Source: Squalus acanthias (lineage: Eukaryota). From it: DNA of 64,000 nucleotides. The notes beneath the pieces are model-generated. The model made no database searches. It was not told where the DNA came from and worked only from the letters and a program-made list of their open reading frames with translations. Numbering within the stretch: the first letter of the stretch is position 1; each line of letters starts with the position of its first letter. Of the stretch, positions 24,361-36,489 are shown in pieces. The stretch lies in NCBI GenBank assembly GCA_030390025.1, contig CM059452.1, positions 6,634,001-6,698,000 on the forward strand. Direction: 5' to 3'. Made by a program: the position numbers and the translations under genes.

Positions 24361-25444
24361 CTGGAACACACGGTTACAGAAAGCGGAAATCATCGGTTAA
24401 AGGTTCAAACTGAACCAACTGACGGTGAAAATGCGCAGTGATTTTCACATAAAATTAAATGGAATTTACTGCACAGAAAAAGGTCATTCGTCCCAACCAG
24501 TCTATGCCGTGTTTATGCTCCACACAAGCCTCCACCCAGCCTTCTTCATCTCTCCCTATCAACATATCCTTCTATTCCTTTCTCCCTCGTGTACTTATCT
24601 AACTTCCCCTTCAATGAATCTATGCTGTTCTCCTCAACTATTGCTTCTGGCAGCGGATTCTACATTCTAACCTTGGTAAAGACGTTTGTCCAGAATTCAC
24701 CATTGGATCTTTTGTGATTATGTAGATGAAGATGTTCAGCGTGTTTCTCTCACTGTCAGTAATCAGGCTGAGGTTGTTGACGGGGCTCGGGTTTGATTAA
24801 CCTTCTGCTGGGGACAAACAAGGGGAAGATTTCCTCTGGTCTTCCAAACACAGCGGGAAATCTCGTCCGATCGCTAGTTTAGTAGAATCGTCATTCATTA
24901 TTTTAGAACGCGTTCAATATGTCACTAGAGGTGGCGACCAGAGGAAATCTCCCGCACAGAGCGGACACCTCGGCGTAGACACGAATATCACAGGAGAATG
25001 AGATTATTGCTCTCGGTGAGCCGTCACACACCGTCAGAAATTAAACCAACACGCAGAAAAGGGAAGGTTTAGAGCCCTTTGAATATAATCCCAAATCTAA
25101 GCAAAGCTGCACACTTCTGTGCTGGTGTAAGGGGTGTGGAAATGAAATAAACACAGCGGCAGTGAGGAGGGAAACTTGAAATTGAACAGACATTACACGG
25201 TACATTGGGCTATTAAACCTGCGCGTATTTTCTCCTGTTCATCCCTCATTATAGAGTGAATGAAATCTAAAATCATACTCCTCTATTCAGAGCTGTTGGG
25301 AGCTGCCCTGTGGGAATATTCTGACATGACAGTAACTGTCCTAATCAGACCATCACAGGCGGGTATTCCGGCCACACACTGTTCTATTTACACGCGGTGT
25401 GCTGCAGTTTTTGTACAGGACGGGCACAGAGCTGTGCAGCTGTG

Positions 25445-25888
25445 TGTCTCAGAGCGCAGTAATACACGGCGCCGTCTGACAGCTCCGCCCCAGAAACTCT
25501 CAGCCGAACCGCGCTCTCCTCTGCGCTTAGCTCTGCTGTAAAACGGTCCTTGGCGAAGTCGGCTGGGAAGGTGTTGTATTTGATGATAAACAACAGTATT
25601 ACTGGGGCTCGACCGAGAATCTGCCGGTACCAGAAAAGCTCAGGGTTTGTATCTGTTGTTGTAAAACTACAATTCAACCTCACCGTTTCTCCTTCCCGCA
25701 CCATCCTGGTCGAATAGTCTTGGTGCACGGAATCGCCGCCAACGTTATTGGCTGGAAGAGAAATTGAACATTTATAAATATCTGCGCCATTAACCGGACC
25801 TATTGGTGTCTTTTCTGCTCGGATTCCACATGTACTTACACAGCACAGAGAGCGCCAACACTACACTGAAATAAACAGGGAAACACAT
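25445..25888 (-). CDS. TCR V alpha/delta segment V12 (intact)
   Basis: Leader 25888-25840 MCFPVYFSVVLALSVL. V exon 25751-25445 reads GDSVHQDY...LNC...FWYRQ...YYCALR. RSS is CACAGCT, 23-bp spacer, ACAAAAACT (25414-25406). Confidence 0.9.
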
Positions 25889-27072
25889 CGCTGTCAGGGG
25901 GTCACAATATGAGCATCGACCCTTTCTCTGCTGTAGCAAAAACTGCCACCAGTACCGGACCAGGCTGAGCTATTGAACCCTGTGACAGGCATAGAAAGGG
26001 AAGTGACCCTGCAACTATGTCACATCCGTTTGGGATAATTTCACACCATCAGGGAGCGGGGGGAAGAATTGCTCTCGTCACTGTGGGGGCAGCAACATCG
26101 GAAATGTTTCAATTGAGATTCCTCTGGTCGGCATTTCTAGGGAAATCATAAACGATTCCTTTTTTAACTACTGAATTGCAAAAAGAACGTATTTAACATC
26201 AAATAGAGAGAGACGAGAGGAAATCTTCGTGGAACGATTTAAGATTCGCTGCACTCAGTGAACAGAGACACTATCCCCCTCCCTTGATTCATTGCATGTA
26301 GCAGTGGCACTTTTCATAGGCAGTGTTGAGCTGCCCTTAGCTTTACCCAGGGACAATAAATTATTTTTGATATAGCAAATACCGACCGAGAGACTATGGA
26401 AATTCGCTCCACGGCGCCACCAATTGGATGGAGCCAGAAAGTACATGCTGACTGCTCTCCTTGATCACTGTTACCGCCTAGTGTCTCTTTAACTCTCCTT
26501 CTGAGCTCATTTAATAGACACATAGAGTCTTACAGCACGGAAGGTGACCTTTGCCCCGTTGTGCCTGTGCTGTTAGAACCACTGCCCTGCTCTTTCTCCA
26601 TAGCCCTGAAAATGTTTCCTTTTCAAGTATATATCAAATTCCATTTTACAAATTTCTTTTTATATGGAAGGCAGCATCCTACACAAGAGTTGTACCAATG
26701 TATAGAGAGAAAATGTAGACCTTTGGTCCTCGGAAATTGCTCGGAGCGCCTCTGTGTGGGTGTGTCTCCCTCAATCGCTACATAAAGATGAGAGATAATT
26801 ATATAAAAAATGAATAAAAGGAAGACAGAAGGAGGATGTAAAGTTTGGTTTGTAATATTGGAAAATAATGACAGGTTCAAGCTGTTCCCGGTAACCTCGC
26901 CAGAAGCAGACTGTTTAAAATCGATTCAATATACCCATTTGAGTTTGTTGTAAAGTGTTTGTGCTACAGAGCAGCAGCAGGTTACTGGTAAAGAGACGGA
27001 CACAAGTTCCTCGCAGGTCTCTGTCTCTCTCTCACTGTGGAAGCTGAATTGTCGCTTCTGTTTATCGGTGTG

Positions 27073-27375
27073 TCTCTGTTTATATTATACTAGGCCCTGT
27101 TTCAGTTATCACTGACCTGGAGATTTTTGCTGTTTGTATTAAACTAGGCCCTCTCTCTCTGTTAATATTACACTAGGCCCTGTCTCAATTATACTGAACT
27201 AGACTCTATCTCTTTTTATATTATACTAGGCCCTGTTTCAGTTATTGCTGCCCTAGACATTGTCACTGTTTATATTAAACCAGGTCGTGTCTCTGTTTAT
27301 ATTACACTCGGCCCTGTCTCAGTTATACTGCACTAGGCCCTATCTCTGTTTATATTACACTAGGCCCTGACTCAA
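27073..27375. repeat. ~30-bp satellite (TATATTACACTAGGCCCTGTCTC family)
   Basis: Direct tandem units. The reverse complement of this family occurs at 31,690-32,090 and 32,605-32,910. Confidence 0.8.
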
Positions 27376-27439
27376 ATGGCCCAACAAATTACCAGTGTAA
27401 TTAAAACATTTTGAAAAACTGAAAGGTGATGTGCGGTCT

Positions 27440-27900
27440 CAGCTGTACAGCATAACATCAGTTATTAAAAGAGGCAATAATCTAAATGACCTGTTGGTCG
27501 GCAGCAGAGTACAGGCAATGCAAAACTGGCGTGTCAAGCATAGTGGGACATGTAAATACATAAAAATCCAAAAAATGATACAAAACAGGAGCACGGGAAA
27601 GACAGCCTTAATAAACCAAAATATTGCATGTGAACAGCCCAATGTAATCTATGGCAATCCGATGCAAACATCTTATATAAAGAGGAACAGGAAACAATCA
27701 AAGAACCAGGCTTACAGGGCACCTCAGTGCCACTAGAACAGCACATGAAAAGAAAGCTATCACCAGACATTTGATGGAACGTGAAGTTCAGTCCCTGGAA
27801 ATTATGGGGCTTGAAACCAATATGAGCTGGACAATCCCACAAAGGAAGAAGAGAGAGACGCTGGAATGCAAAATTAGAAACCCAGTTACCAAATGGCCTC
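27440..27900 (+). mobile_element. Degenerate Penelope-like GIY-YIG fragment
   Basis: GTCKYI...INQNIACEQPNVIY resembles the CKTC...CDSANVVY region of the 12-13 kb element. Frameshifted. Confidence 0.5.
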
Positions 27901-27957
27901 AATCAAATATAAAGCACGAAAACGCTGATCCAGAGTCAAACCTAAAGTATCCCCCAA

Positions 27958-28380
27958 AAACTAACCCAACTACCATGGAAATCCTACTCTAACCCTCACC
28001 ATAACCCTATCTCATAAACCGTTACCCTAACCCGAAACCGAACCCGAACTCCAACACCAACACTAACCCGAACCCTAACCCCTACCCTAACACTAACCCT
28101 ATCTCACAAACCCTAACCCTAACCCAACGCCAACACCAACACTATTCCCAAACACGATCCCTAACCCGAACCCTAACCCGAACCCTAACCCCTACCCTAA
28201 CACTAACCCTATCTCACAAACCCTAACACTAACCCAACACCAACACCAACACTATTCCCAAACACGATCCCTAACCCGAACCCTAACCCGAACCCTAACC
28301 CCTACCTGAACCGTAATTACACTAACCCTAATGACTCCAACACCAAAGACGCTAACGCTAACCGAAAACCCGCACCCTAA
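27958..28380. repeat. Degenerate interstitial telomere-like repeats (CCCTAA and variants)
   Basis: Runs of CCCTAA/CCCGAA/CACTAA/CACCAA with a ~120-bp higher-order duplication. Confidence 0.85.
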
Positions 28381-28594
28381 AATACCTCCAACCATGATCT
28401 TTATCTCGATCTTAAGCAAGACTACTCTTTCAACTAGATATTACCACGTTGAAGAGTGTAACATATGCCTTGAAACCCAAATATAACCCGAGCTTGGGCT
28501 AGATAATGGCAAGTAGAAATGGACAAACTGCAATAAAAGGCGTGAGACTCTTTTCTCATTATTAAATCTAATGAGAGGGCAAAAAAGGCGAGGG

Positions 28595-29310
28595 AATGCA
28601 TAATAAATGGTAAGATACCTAGAAGTGTAGAGGAACAGAGGGACCTTGGAGTGCATGTCCACAGATCCCTGAAGGTAGCTGGACAGGTAGATAAGGTGGT
28701 TAAGAAGGCAAACAGATACTTTCCTTTAGTAGCCGAGGCATGGAATATATGACCAGTGTGGTTTTGCTAGAACTGTATTAAACACTATTTACGTCACAGC
28801 TAGAGTACTGCGTACAGTTCTTGTCACCACATTTCAGGAAAGATGTGATTGCACTAGAGAGGGTACAGAGGAGATTTACGAGGATGCTGCCAGGACTGGA
28901 GAATTTTAGATCTGAGGAAAGATTGGATAGGCTGGGGTTGTTTTCTTTGGAACAGATGAGGTTGTGGGCAGATTTAATTGAGGTGTATAAAATTATGAGA
29001 GGCCGCGATAGAATGGATAGGAAGGACCTATTTCCCTTAGCACAGACGTCAATAACCAGAGGGCATAGATTTAAAGTAATTGGTAGAAGGATTAGAGGGC
29101 AGTTGAGGAGAATTATTTTCACCCAGAGGGTGGTAGGGGTTTTGAACTCACTGCCTGAAAGGGTGGTAGAGGCAGAAACCCTCAGGACATTTAAAAAGTA
29201 CTTGGATATGCATTTGAAGTGCCGTAACCTACAGGGCTACGGACCAAGAGCTGGAAAGGGGGATTAGGCTGGAGAGCTCTTTTTCGGCCGGCACAGACAC
29301 GATGGGCGCA
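28595..29310 (+). mobile_element. CR1 LINE 3' fragment
   Basis: LERVQRRFTRMLPGL...FTQRVVGVLNSLP. Confidence 0.9.
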
Positions 29311-29551
29311 ATAGTACTTGGATATGCACTGCTGATGATAAACATCTACTGCAGGCGCCAGAGTTTTCTTTTAAACATGATTCATAATTCCACAGACAAC
29401 AACTTGCACTGACCCAGTGACGCTCACACAGAGGAGTTTCTGAGAACAAACCACAAGAGGGCCAAGAGATCAGGAGGAATTAAGGGAGGAAGGAACACAA
29501 TTACTGCTATATATTCTGAGGAGGTTTTTATGGGAAGTTATGAAGTTATAT

Positions 29552-31440
29552 AAGAACATAAGAATTAGGAGCAGGAGTGGGCCACACGGCCGCTAGAGCC
29601 TTCTCCGCCATTCAATAAGATCATGGCTGATGTTCGACCTCAATGCCACTTTCCCGCCCGATCCCCGTAGCCCTTGAATCCGCTAGAGTCCAAAAATCTA
29701 TCTCCCTCAACCTTGAATATATTAAGGACTCAGCATTTACAGCTCTTTGGGTAGAGAATTCCAATGATTCACAACCCTCTGAGTGAAGAAATTCCTCCTC
29801 ATCTCAGTCTTAAATGGCCTACCCCTTATCCTGAGACTATGCCCCCTAGTTCTAGACACTCCAGCCAGGGGAAACAACCTCTCAGCATCTACCCTGTCAA
29901 TCCCCTTCAGAATCTTGTATGTTTCAATGAGATCACCTCTCATTCTTCTAAACTCCGGAGAGTATCGGCACATTCTACACAATCTCTCATCATAGGACAG
30001 CCCTCTCATCCCAGGGATCAATCTGGTTAACATTCGTTGCACAGCCTGCAAGGCAAGTATGTCCTTCCTCAGATAAGGAGACCAAAACTGTGCACAGTAC
30101 TCCAGGTGTGTTCTCACAAAAACCGTGTAAAATTGTAGTAAGACTTCCTTACTCTTGTACTCCAACCCCCTTGCAATAACGGCCAACAATTCATTTGCCT
30201 TCCTAATTGCTTGCTGTACCTGCATGCTAACTTTTTGTGTTTCCTGTAGGAGGACACCCAGATCTCTCTGAACACCAACATTTAGTAGTTGCTCACAATT
30301 TAAAAATATTCAGCTTTTCTATTCTTCCTACCAAAGTGAATAACCTCACATTTCCCCACATTATACTCCATCTGCCATCTCATTGCCCACTCACTTATTC
30401 TGTCTATATCCCTTTGCAGGCAATTTGTGTCCTCCTCACAGCTTACTTTCCGACCTAGCTTTGTATCATCAGAAAACTTGATACATTGCACTCGGTCCCT
30501 TCAGCTAAGTCATTAAAATGGATTCTAATCAGCTGAGGCCCCAGCACTGATCCTTGCCGTACCCATTTGTTACAGCCTGCCAATCCGAAAATGACATGTT
30601 TATCACTACTCTCTGTTTTCTGTCCGTTAGACAATCCTCTATCCATGCTAATACATTACCCTCAACCTTATGAGCCTTTACGTTGCGAAGCAAACGTTTA
30701 TGTGGCAGCTTATCGAATGCCTTTTGGAAATCCAAATATACTACATCCACTGGTTCCCCTTTATCTACCCTGTTAGTTGCTTCCTCAAAAACTCTAATAC
30801 ATTTGTTAAACATGATTTCGCTTTCATACAACCATGTTGACTCTGCCTAATCATATTAAGATAGTATAAGTGCCCTGTTACCACTTCCTTTATAATGGAT
30901 TCCAACAGTTTCCCGACGATTGGTGTCAGGCGAACTGGCCTGAAGCTCCCTGTTTTCTTTCTCCCTCCTTTCCTGAATATCAGGGTCACATTTGCTACTT
31001 TGCAATCTACTGGGAACCTTTTAGAATCCAGGAAATTTGGAAAATCACAACCAATCCATCCACCTGTTTTAGGACCCTCGGATGTAGGCCATCAGGTCCA
31101 GGGTATTTTTCGGTTTTTAGTCCTATTAGTTTCTCAAGTACCTTTTATCTACTGATATTAATTACATTAGGTACCTCACTCTTATTAGTCCCTTGATCCC
31201 CCATTATTTTGGTATGCTTTTTGTGTCTTCTACTGTGAAGACAGATACAAACTATTTGTTTGAAGTCTCTGCCATTTCCTTATCCCCATTATAATATCAC
31301 CTGTCTCAGCCTCTAAGGGACCAACGCTTACTTTTGCTTCTCTCTTCTTTTTTGCATACTTTGCTCTTACAATCTGTTTTTATATTTGTTGCTAGTTTAC
31401 TCTCAGATTCTATTTTCTCCCTTTTTATCAAATTTTTGGA
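29552..31440 (-). mobile_element. Degraded CR1 LINE (RT region and tail)
   Basis: Fragmented ORFs VVYLDFQKAFDK, KCEVIHFG, LEYCAQFWSP, RRNFFTQRVV, and the ATAAGAAC tail. Confidence 0.9.
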
Positions 31441-32087
31441 AGAAGCTGGCAATGAAGAAGGGAAACGCAACTGCAAAACCCACACATCTCCTCTAATGGT
31501 GGAGGAGGAGGAACCGATGCCTTTGAGTGTCTTGTGGGCAACTGCGCATGTGTGTCACTCTTACGCCGGGTTGAAACTTGCTGCAATGAAGAGCGCACGG
31601 AAACTGCTCACATTTCAAAAGCATTTGAAATGTAGAACTGCAAGTCCGAGATCTACTTTCCACTATTACATATGTTTATATTACACCAGACAAGATCTAG
31701 TGCAGTAATAAATGAGACAGGGTCTAGTGTAATATAAACAGATGCATGGTCCACTATAGTAATAAGTAAGATAGGGACATGTGTCGTATAAACAGGGACA
31801 TGGTCTAGTGCAGTAATAACTGAGACAGGGTCTAGTGTAATATAAACAGAGGCACGGTCTAGTGCAGTAATATCTGAGACAGGGTCGAGTATATTATGAA
31901 CAGAGACATTGTCCAGTGTAATCTAAACAGAGAACAGGGTCTAGTGTAATATAAACTGAGACATGGTCTAGTGCGGTAATAACTGAGACAGAGTGCTGTG
32001 GAATATAAAGAGAGACAGGGTCTAGTGTAATATAAACAGAGACAGGGTCTATGTATGTAATAAATGAGAAAGAGCCTAGTCTAGTAT

Positions 32088-32604
32088 TCTGCACCCATGA
32101 GGACGGCCTCAACCGGGATCTTGGGTTCATGTCACGCTACATGTAACCCCACCTGACGTAGAGTCATCCAGACTCGAGTCGTCATTGGCTTGTTCTCTCT
32201 ACACAGATGCGGCCGGACCTGCTGTGATTTCCAGCAAAAAAAGTTTTTTAGTTTTCCATACAGACCCCAGCATCTGCCACATTTGACCCCTTGTGACCCC
32301 ACCTCATTGTCTTTGATGTAATGTTTTCCTGACTGACCTGTTTGGACACCATCCACACCTATGATTGCCGTGATTATCTCTCTGCCGAGGTGTGATAAAT
32401 GGCAGTTAGAAAGATTAACTGTAATCATCTGGCAGTGTTCTCTGACTATATATGCTGTGCCTATATGCATCTCTTCACTTCACCTGACGAAGGAGCAGCG
32501 CTCCGAAAGCTTGTGATTTCAAATAAAGCTGTTGGACTATAACCTGGTGTTGTGCGACTTCTCACATTTGTCCACCCCAATCCAACACCGGCATCTCCAC
32601 ATCA
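32088..32604 (+). mobile_element. Penelope-like 3' fragment
   Basis: Encodes ...THEDGLNRDLGFMSRY* and ends GGCATCTCCACATCAT, the same 3' end as the 11.9-kb element. Confidence 0.85.
32480..32516 (+). ncRNA. Minimal hammerhead ribozyme
   Basis: TCAC-CTGACGA-A-GGAGC-AGC-GCTCC-GAA-AGCT-T-GTGA. Stem I TCAC/GTGA covaries relative to the 13-kb copy. Confidence 0.75.
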
Positions 32605-32929
32605 TAGTGTTATTAGAACAGAGGCAGGGTCTAGTGCAGTAATAAATGAGACAAGGTCTTGTGTAATATCAACACATTCCGGGTCTAGTGTAATATAATC
32701 AGCGACGTGTTCGACTGCAGTATAACTGAGACAGGGCCTAATGCAATAACAACAGAGATATCGTGTAGAGTAATATAAAGGGCGAAATTGTTTTTTGCCG
32801 TAATAACTGAGACAGGGTCGAGTGTAATAAGCTGAGACTCCGTCTAATATAAAAGAAACAGAGGGAATGGTTTAGTGCAGTGATAACTGAGAGAGGGCCG
32901 AGTGTATTCGAACAGAACAGATGAAAATG

Positions 32930-33460
32930 CTGTGTGCCAGATAGGTCCAAAGCTCTCAGAATATTTTCCAGGGTTTGTGCTCTCTGTCAGATATTCTCCT
33001 GTTTCAGGGAATAATTTCCAGGGTTTGTATACGCTGGTGTGTCAGATCGGCCCCAGGCTCGGGGAATCATTCCCAGGGTTTGTGTTCTCTGGTGTATCAG
33101 ATAGGCCCCAGGCTCGGGGAATCATTCCCAGGGTTTGTGCTCTCTGGTGTGTCAGATAGGCCCCAGGCTCTGGGAATCATTCCCAGGGTTTGTGCATTCT
33201 GGTGTGTCAGATAGATCCCAGGATCTGGAATCATTCCCAGGGTTTGTAATTCCTGGTGTGTCAGATAGGTCCCAGGCTCTGGGAACCATTCCCAGGGTAT
33301 GTGTTTTCCGTGTGTCAGATAGGTCCCAGGCTCTGGGAACCATTCCCAGGGTATGTGTTTTCCGTGTGTCAGATAGGTCCCAGGCTCTGAGGATCTTTCC
33401 ATGGGTTTTTCACTCTGGTGTGTCAGATAGGTCCCAGTCTCTGAGAATCATTCCCAATTT
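32930..33460. repeat. ~49-bp tandem minisatellite
   Basis: Unit GTGTCAGATAGGCCCCAGGCTCGGGGAATCATTCCCAGGGTTTGTG..., about 10 copies. Confidence 0.9.
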
Positions 33461-34824
33461 TATCAAATCATTTGAAATGAACCTCCATATAACCAATGGG
33501 GTTGTGTTTTACCAGTATGAGTATATTGTTGCTGGGCAGATTTGTGTACAAATAGGTTCCATTCGTAAGAGGAGGGCTGTAGTTGGCTTGCTATCTCTGA
33601 TCAGCGGGCTGGAAACAGCTCGTTGATTTTTTTGCACAGAACCAACAGATGTTTCCTGTAAGTTACATTGTGAGTTCTCGCCCCTCCCTGACGGGGAAAT
33701 GATGAGTTTCTCGCACAAACTGTGTGGGAGAGATATGGACTGAGTGTGGGTGGGAGCGAAGTGGAATTTACCTCTTCAACTACTGAATCAATAGGCAACG
33801 TCCATAGAAAATGTATTTCTTATGGCATGACCTTAAAAAATATGACGTTTCGTGTGTGACATGTGCATAACTGAATAAAATACGATTAGTGCAATGCAAA
33901 GAGTTTGAGACATTCATCAATAAAAGGCAATACTCCTCTGATTGAATGCGATATTCTATTACAATCCTGCAGAAGACAATGGAAGCTGTGCTGGAATCAC
34001 ATAAACAGACAGAGGCACAGTTATAAAGAAGGCAATAACCGATATAACAGTTCTGGGTTCCGCTGGTAACTTTCTCCTTGACCCCATGACCTGCAGTCTG
34101 CCGATTTATTGTCCCAGTGATGGAGCCTCTGACCGGGAACTGTAGTTACTCACTGAGGTTTTGGTCTAATTGTCATTGACAGCCTTTATATTTTAAAATG
34201 AAACACGCTCCGGTCCAGCTGTGAGAGACGTGCACTTGGCATCAGAGCAGCTGGCAACAGCTGGGTTAAGGTCAGCACTGAATCAAACTGCACGATGGTG
34301 ACACTCAATTAAAGCATTTAACTTAATGAGTTCCCTTTCCTGGTGCAAATTAAAAATGTTACCTCAAACTAGTAATATCCCAAATCTACGACTGTAATTG
34401 CTCCTTTAATCGGTTCACTTTGATCGATACTGTTTAATCTGCAGTGTTGAGGACATTTCCATGGTCGGCGGGACAGTAATGTAACTGCGATTAGAAAGGC
34501 AGGCAGCGTGATTGAATTCTCACCCCGACAGCTTGGGGCGGACCGTGCGGTCTCCTCACACCCACACCGATCGATGTAGATCTTAACTTTTACAACTTAG
34601 AATTGTTCAGAGTGAAATAAAGTGACAGTCTTCACACAGGTGAACGGAGATCCAGTGCCCGATTGAGTCAGGGATGATTGTATTAGGTGCGGAGCTGCGC
34701 AGGCGCGATGGATGCGATCTGACAATATGTGACGTTATTCCCAAACTTCGCTTTCCCTCCTGTAAAACTGGGAAAAATATCAACTCTTGTGTCCTTTTCC
34801 CTTCCATCCCACAAGCAGTTGCAG

Positions 34825-35112
34825 ATCGGAAAAAGAAAGACTTGCATTTATGCAGCGCCTGCTCGACATCAGGATGCCCCAAAGCGCTTTAAAGCCAATG
34901 AAGCATTTTTTGAAGAGTGATCAGTGTTGTAATGTAGGGAAACGCGGCAGGCAATTTGTACACAGCACGATCCAACTGACAGCAATGTGATAAATGACCA
35001 AATAATCTGTTTTAGTCATGTTGCTTGAGGGATAAACATTGGCCAAACACCGGGGAGAATTCCCCCGCTCTTGGAAATAATGCCATGGGATCTTTTACGT
35101 CCACCTGAGAGG
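34825..35112 (-). mobile_element. Shark SINE-like fragment (same family as 46,740-47,175)
   Basis: Shared CTTGCATTTAT..AGCGCC, AATGTAGG..ACGCGGCAG.CAATTTG and GAGGGATAA..ATTGGCCA blocks. Confidence 0.6.
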
Positions 35113-35517
35113 AATTGGACACTGAGTAAATGTGGGCTGTTTGTGGGGAATGTAAATCCTCACACTGATTCAATTTTAAACTAAATATGTTTTGGTTCGA
35201 CCGTATATAATCCCCAACAGTAAATCGGCGATCAAAGTCAAGGTAATTTTGGGGAATGGACACAGAACACGGATTATTAATGGTTAATTATATTTTACAC
35301 AGATGGACTCAGACAGGAAACAAAGGAGGAGTCAGGCTGCTGCTGGGGGAGGCGTGTAACTCCCAGTCCCCAGCTCCCCCTCTCTCTCTCACACACACAC
35401 ACACAGGGCTCCAGCCAGTTTAAATAGCGGGACGGTTCAGCTCCAAGTTCACAATCAGGAGGCGTTGTTGCGGCGCCGAGACACGTTCCCGAGTCAGTTC
35501 CACCGAGAGACCGAACG

Positions 35518-35563
35518 ATGGGACTTGCCCCGTGCCTCTGTTTGTTACTGGCTTGCTTCGCCT
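35518..35563 (+). CDS. IgH leader exon (IgW-like)
   Basis: MGLAPCLCLLLACFA with a phase-1 GTGAGT donor. TATA-like TTTAAATA at ~35,419. Confidence 0.9.
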
Positions 35564-35683
35564 GTGAGTATTCCTCACTGCTTTAGTGACACAATAGAAG
35601 ACAGCTTCAGATATTGTGTTTTACTTCTATTCATTGATGTGAATGTTCTTCAATGTAATTGCATTTGTTTCATTTACTTACAG

Positions 35684-36011
35684 ATGTCCGGTCCGATATC
35701 GTGCTGACCCAGTCGGCTTCTGTGTCGAAGAAGCCCGGAGAATCTCACAAACTGTCCTGTTCAGTGAGCGGGTTCAGTCTGGACAGCGACTACATGCACT
35801 GGGTTAAACAAATTCCCGGGAAGGGGTTGGAGTGGCTGCTTGCTTCCAGAAAGCCGTCGGAAACCAAATATTGCGCTCCTGGAGTCGAAGGTCGGATCAT
35901 CCCTTCAAAAGACTCTTCCACAACCTATATCGAGATCATTAATCTAAGAATCGAAGACACCGCCATGTATTACTGTGCAAGAGACCGTGCTACAGGGGGA
36001 AACTGGGGTAG
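35684..36011 (+). CDS. Pre-joined VH-D-D segment (IgW-type VH)
   Basis: VRS-DIVLTQSASVSKKPGESHKLSCSVSGFSL..MHWVKQIPGKGLEWL...EDTAMYYCAR-DRATGGNWG. There is no RSS after CAR. D-like cores CTACAG and ACTGGG are embedded in the junction. Confidence 0.92.
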
Positions 36012-36039
36012 CACAGCAGTTACTGTCAATACAAAAACC
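36012..36039 (+). other. 12-RSS (3' of the last D)
   Basis: CACAGCA-GTTACTGTCAAT (12 bp)-ACAAAAACC. Confidence 0.95.
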
Positions 36040-36363
36040 CTCAGCACTAATTGAGTGAGTCTGGGTCAGTGCTCGCTTTCACAATCCAACTGTGGATGCA
36101 GTGAAGTCCTATTTGTGTCCAGCACTGTCTACTAGCACAGTTTAACATGGATAAACTGTGATAATTAATCATTGATCAGTTGGTGATTTCATTAACTGTT
36201 CATGGGTTACTCTGTGAAATATAAAACATCAGGGTATTTTATAAAGAGTGAAAAGTTTCCATTGACAGATTTATAATTTTACGAAGATGCATCGTGACTT
36301 TACTGTCTCTGGGATGTGAATATTTAAACTAAGGTTGGATTTCTGTCTGTTTTACGCAGAGCC

Positions 36364-36450
36364 AGTTATTGTGTGACCCAGCCCGGGGAATGTAACACTG
36401 TGACTACCTCGACTACTGGGGACAAGGCACCATGGTGACGGTAACTGCAG
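36364..36450 (+). CDS. JH segment with 5' 23-RSS
   Basis: AGTTATTGT (36364-36372), 23-bp spacer, CACTGTG (36396-36402), then YLDYWGQGTMVTVTA (36403-36450) and a GTAAGA donor. Confidence 0.95.
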
Positions 36451-36489
36451 GTAAGAAACATTCACTCTTTCAGTAACTGTTGTATTTGT

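Larger units (their letters stand above)
31690..32910. repeat. ~30-bp satellite interrupted by a Penelope 3' fragment
   Basis: GAGACAGGGTCTAGTGTAATATAAACA units on both sides of 32,088-32,604. Confidence 0.85.

Noticed and set aside
32930-33460. CRISPR-like appearance of tandem arrays (also 9.1, 40, 45 and 50-52 kb)
   Set aside because: Vertebrate DNA, head-to-tail units without unique spacers, and no cas genes.
36105-36160. Possible extra D (CACTGTC-TACTAG-CACAGTT) between VDD and JH
   Set aside because: No nonamers at 12- or 23-bp spacing on either side.
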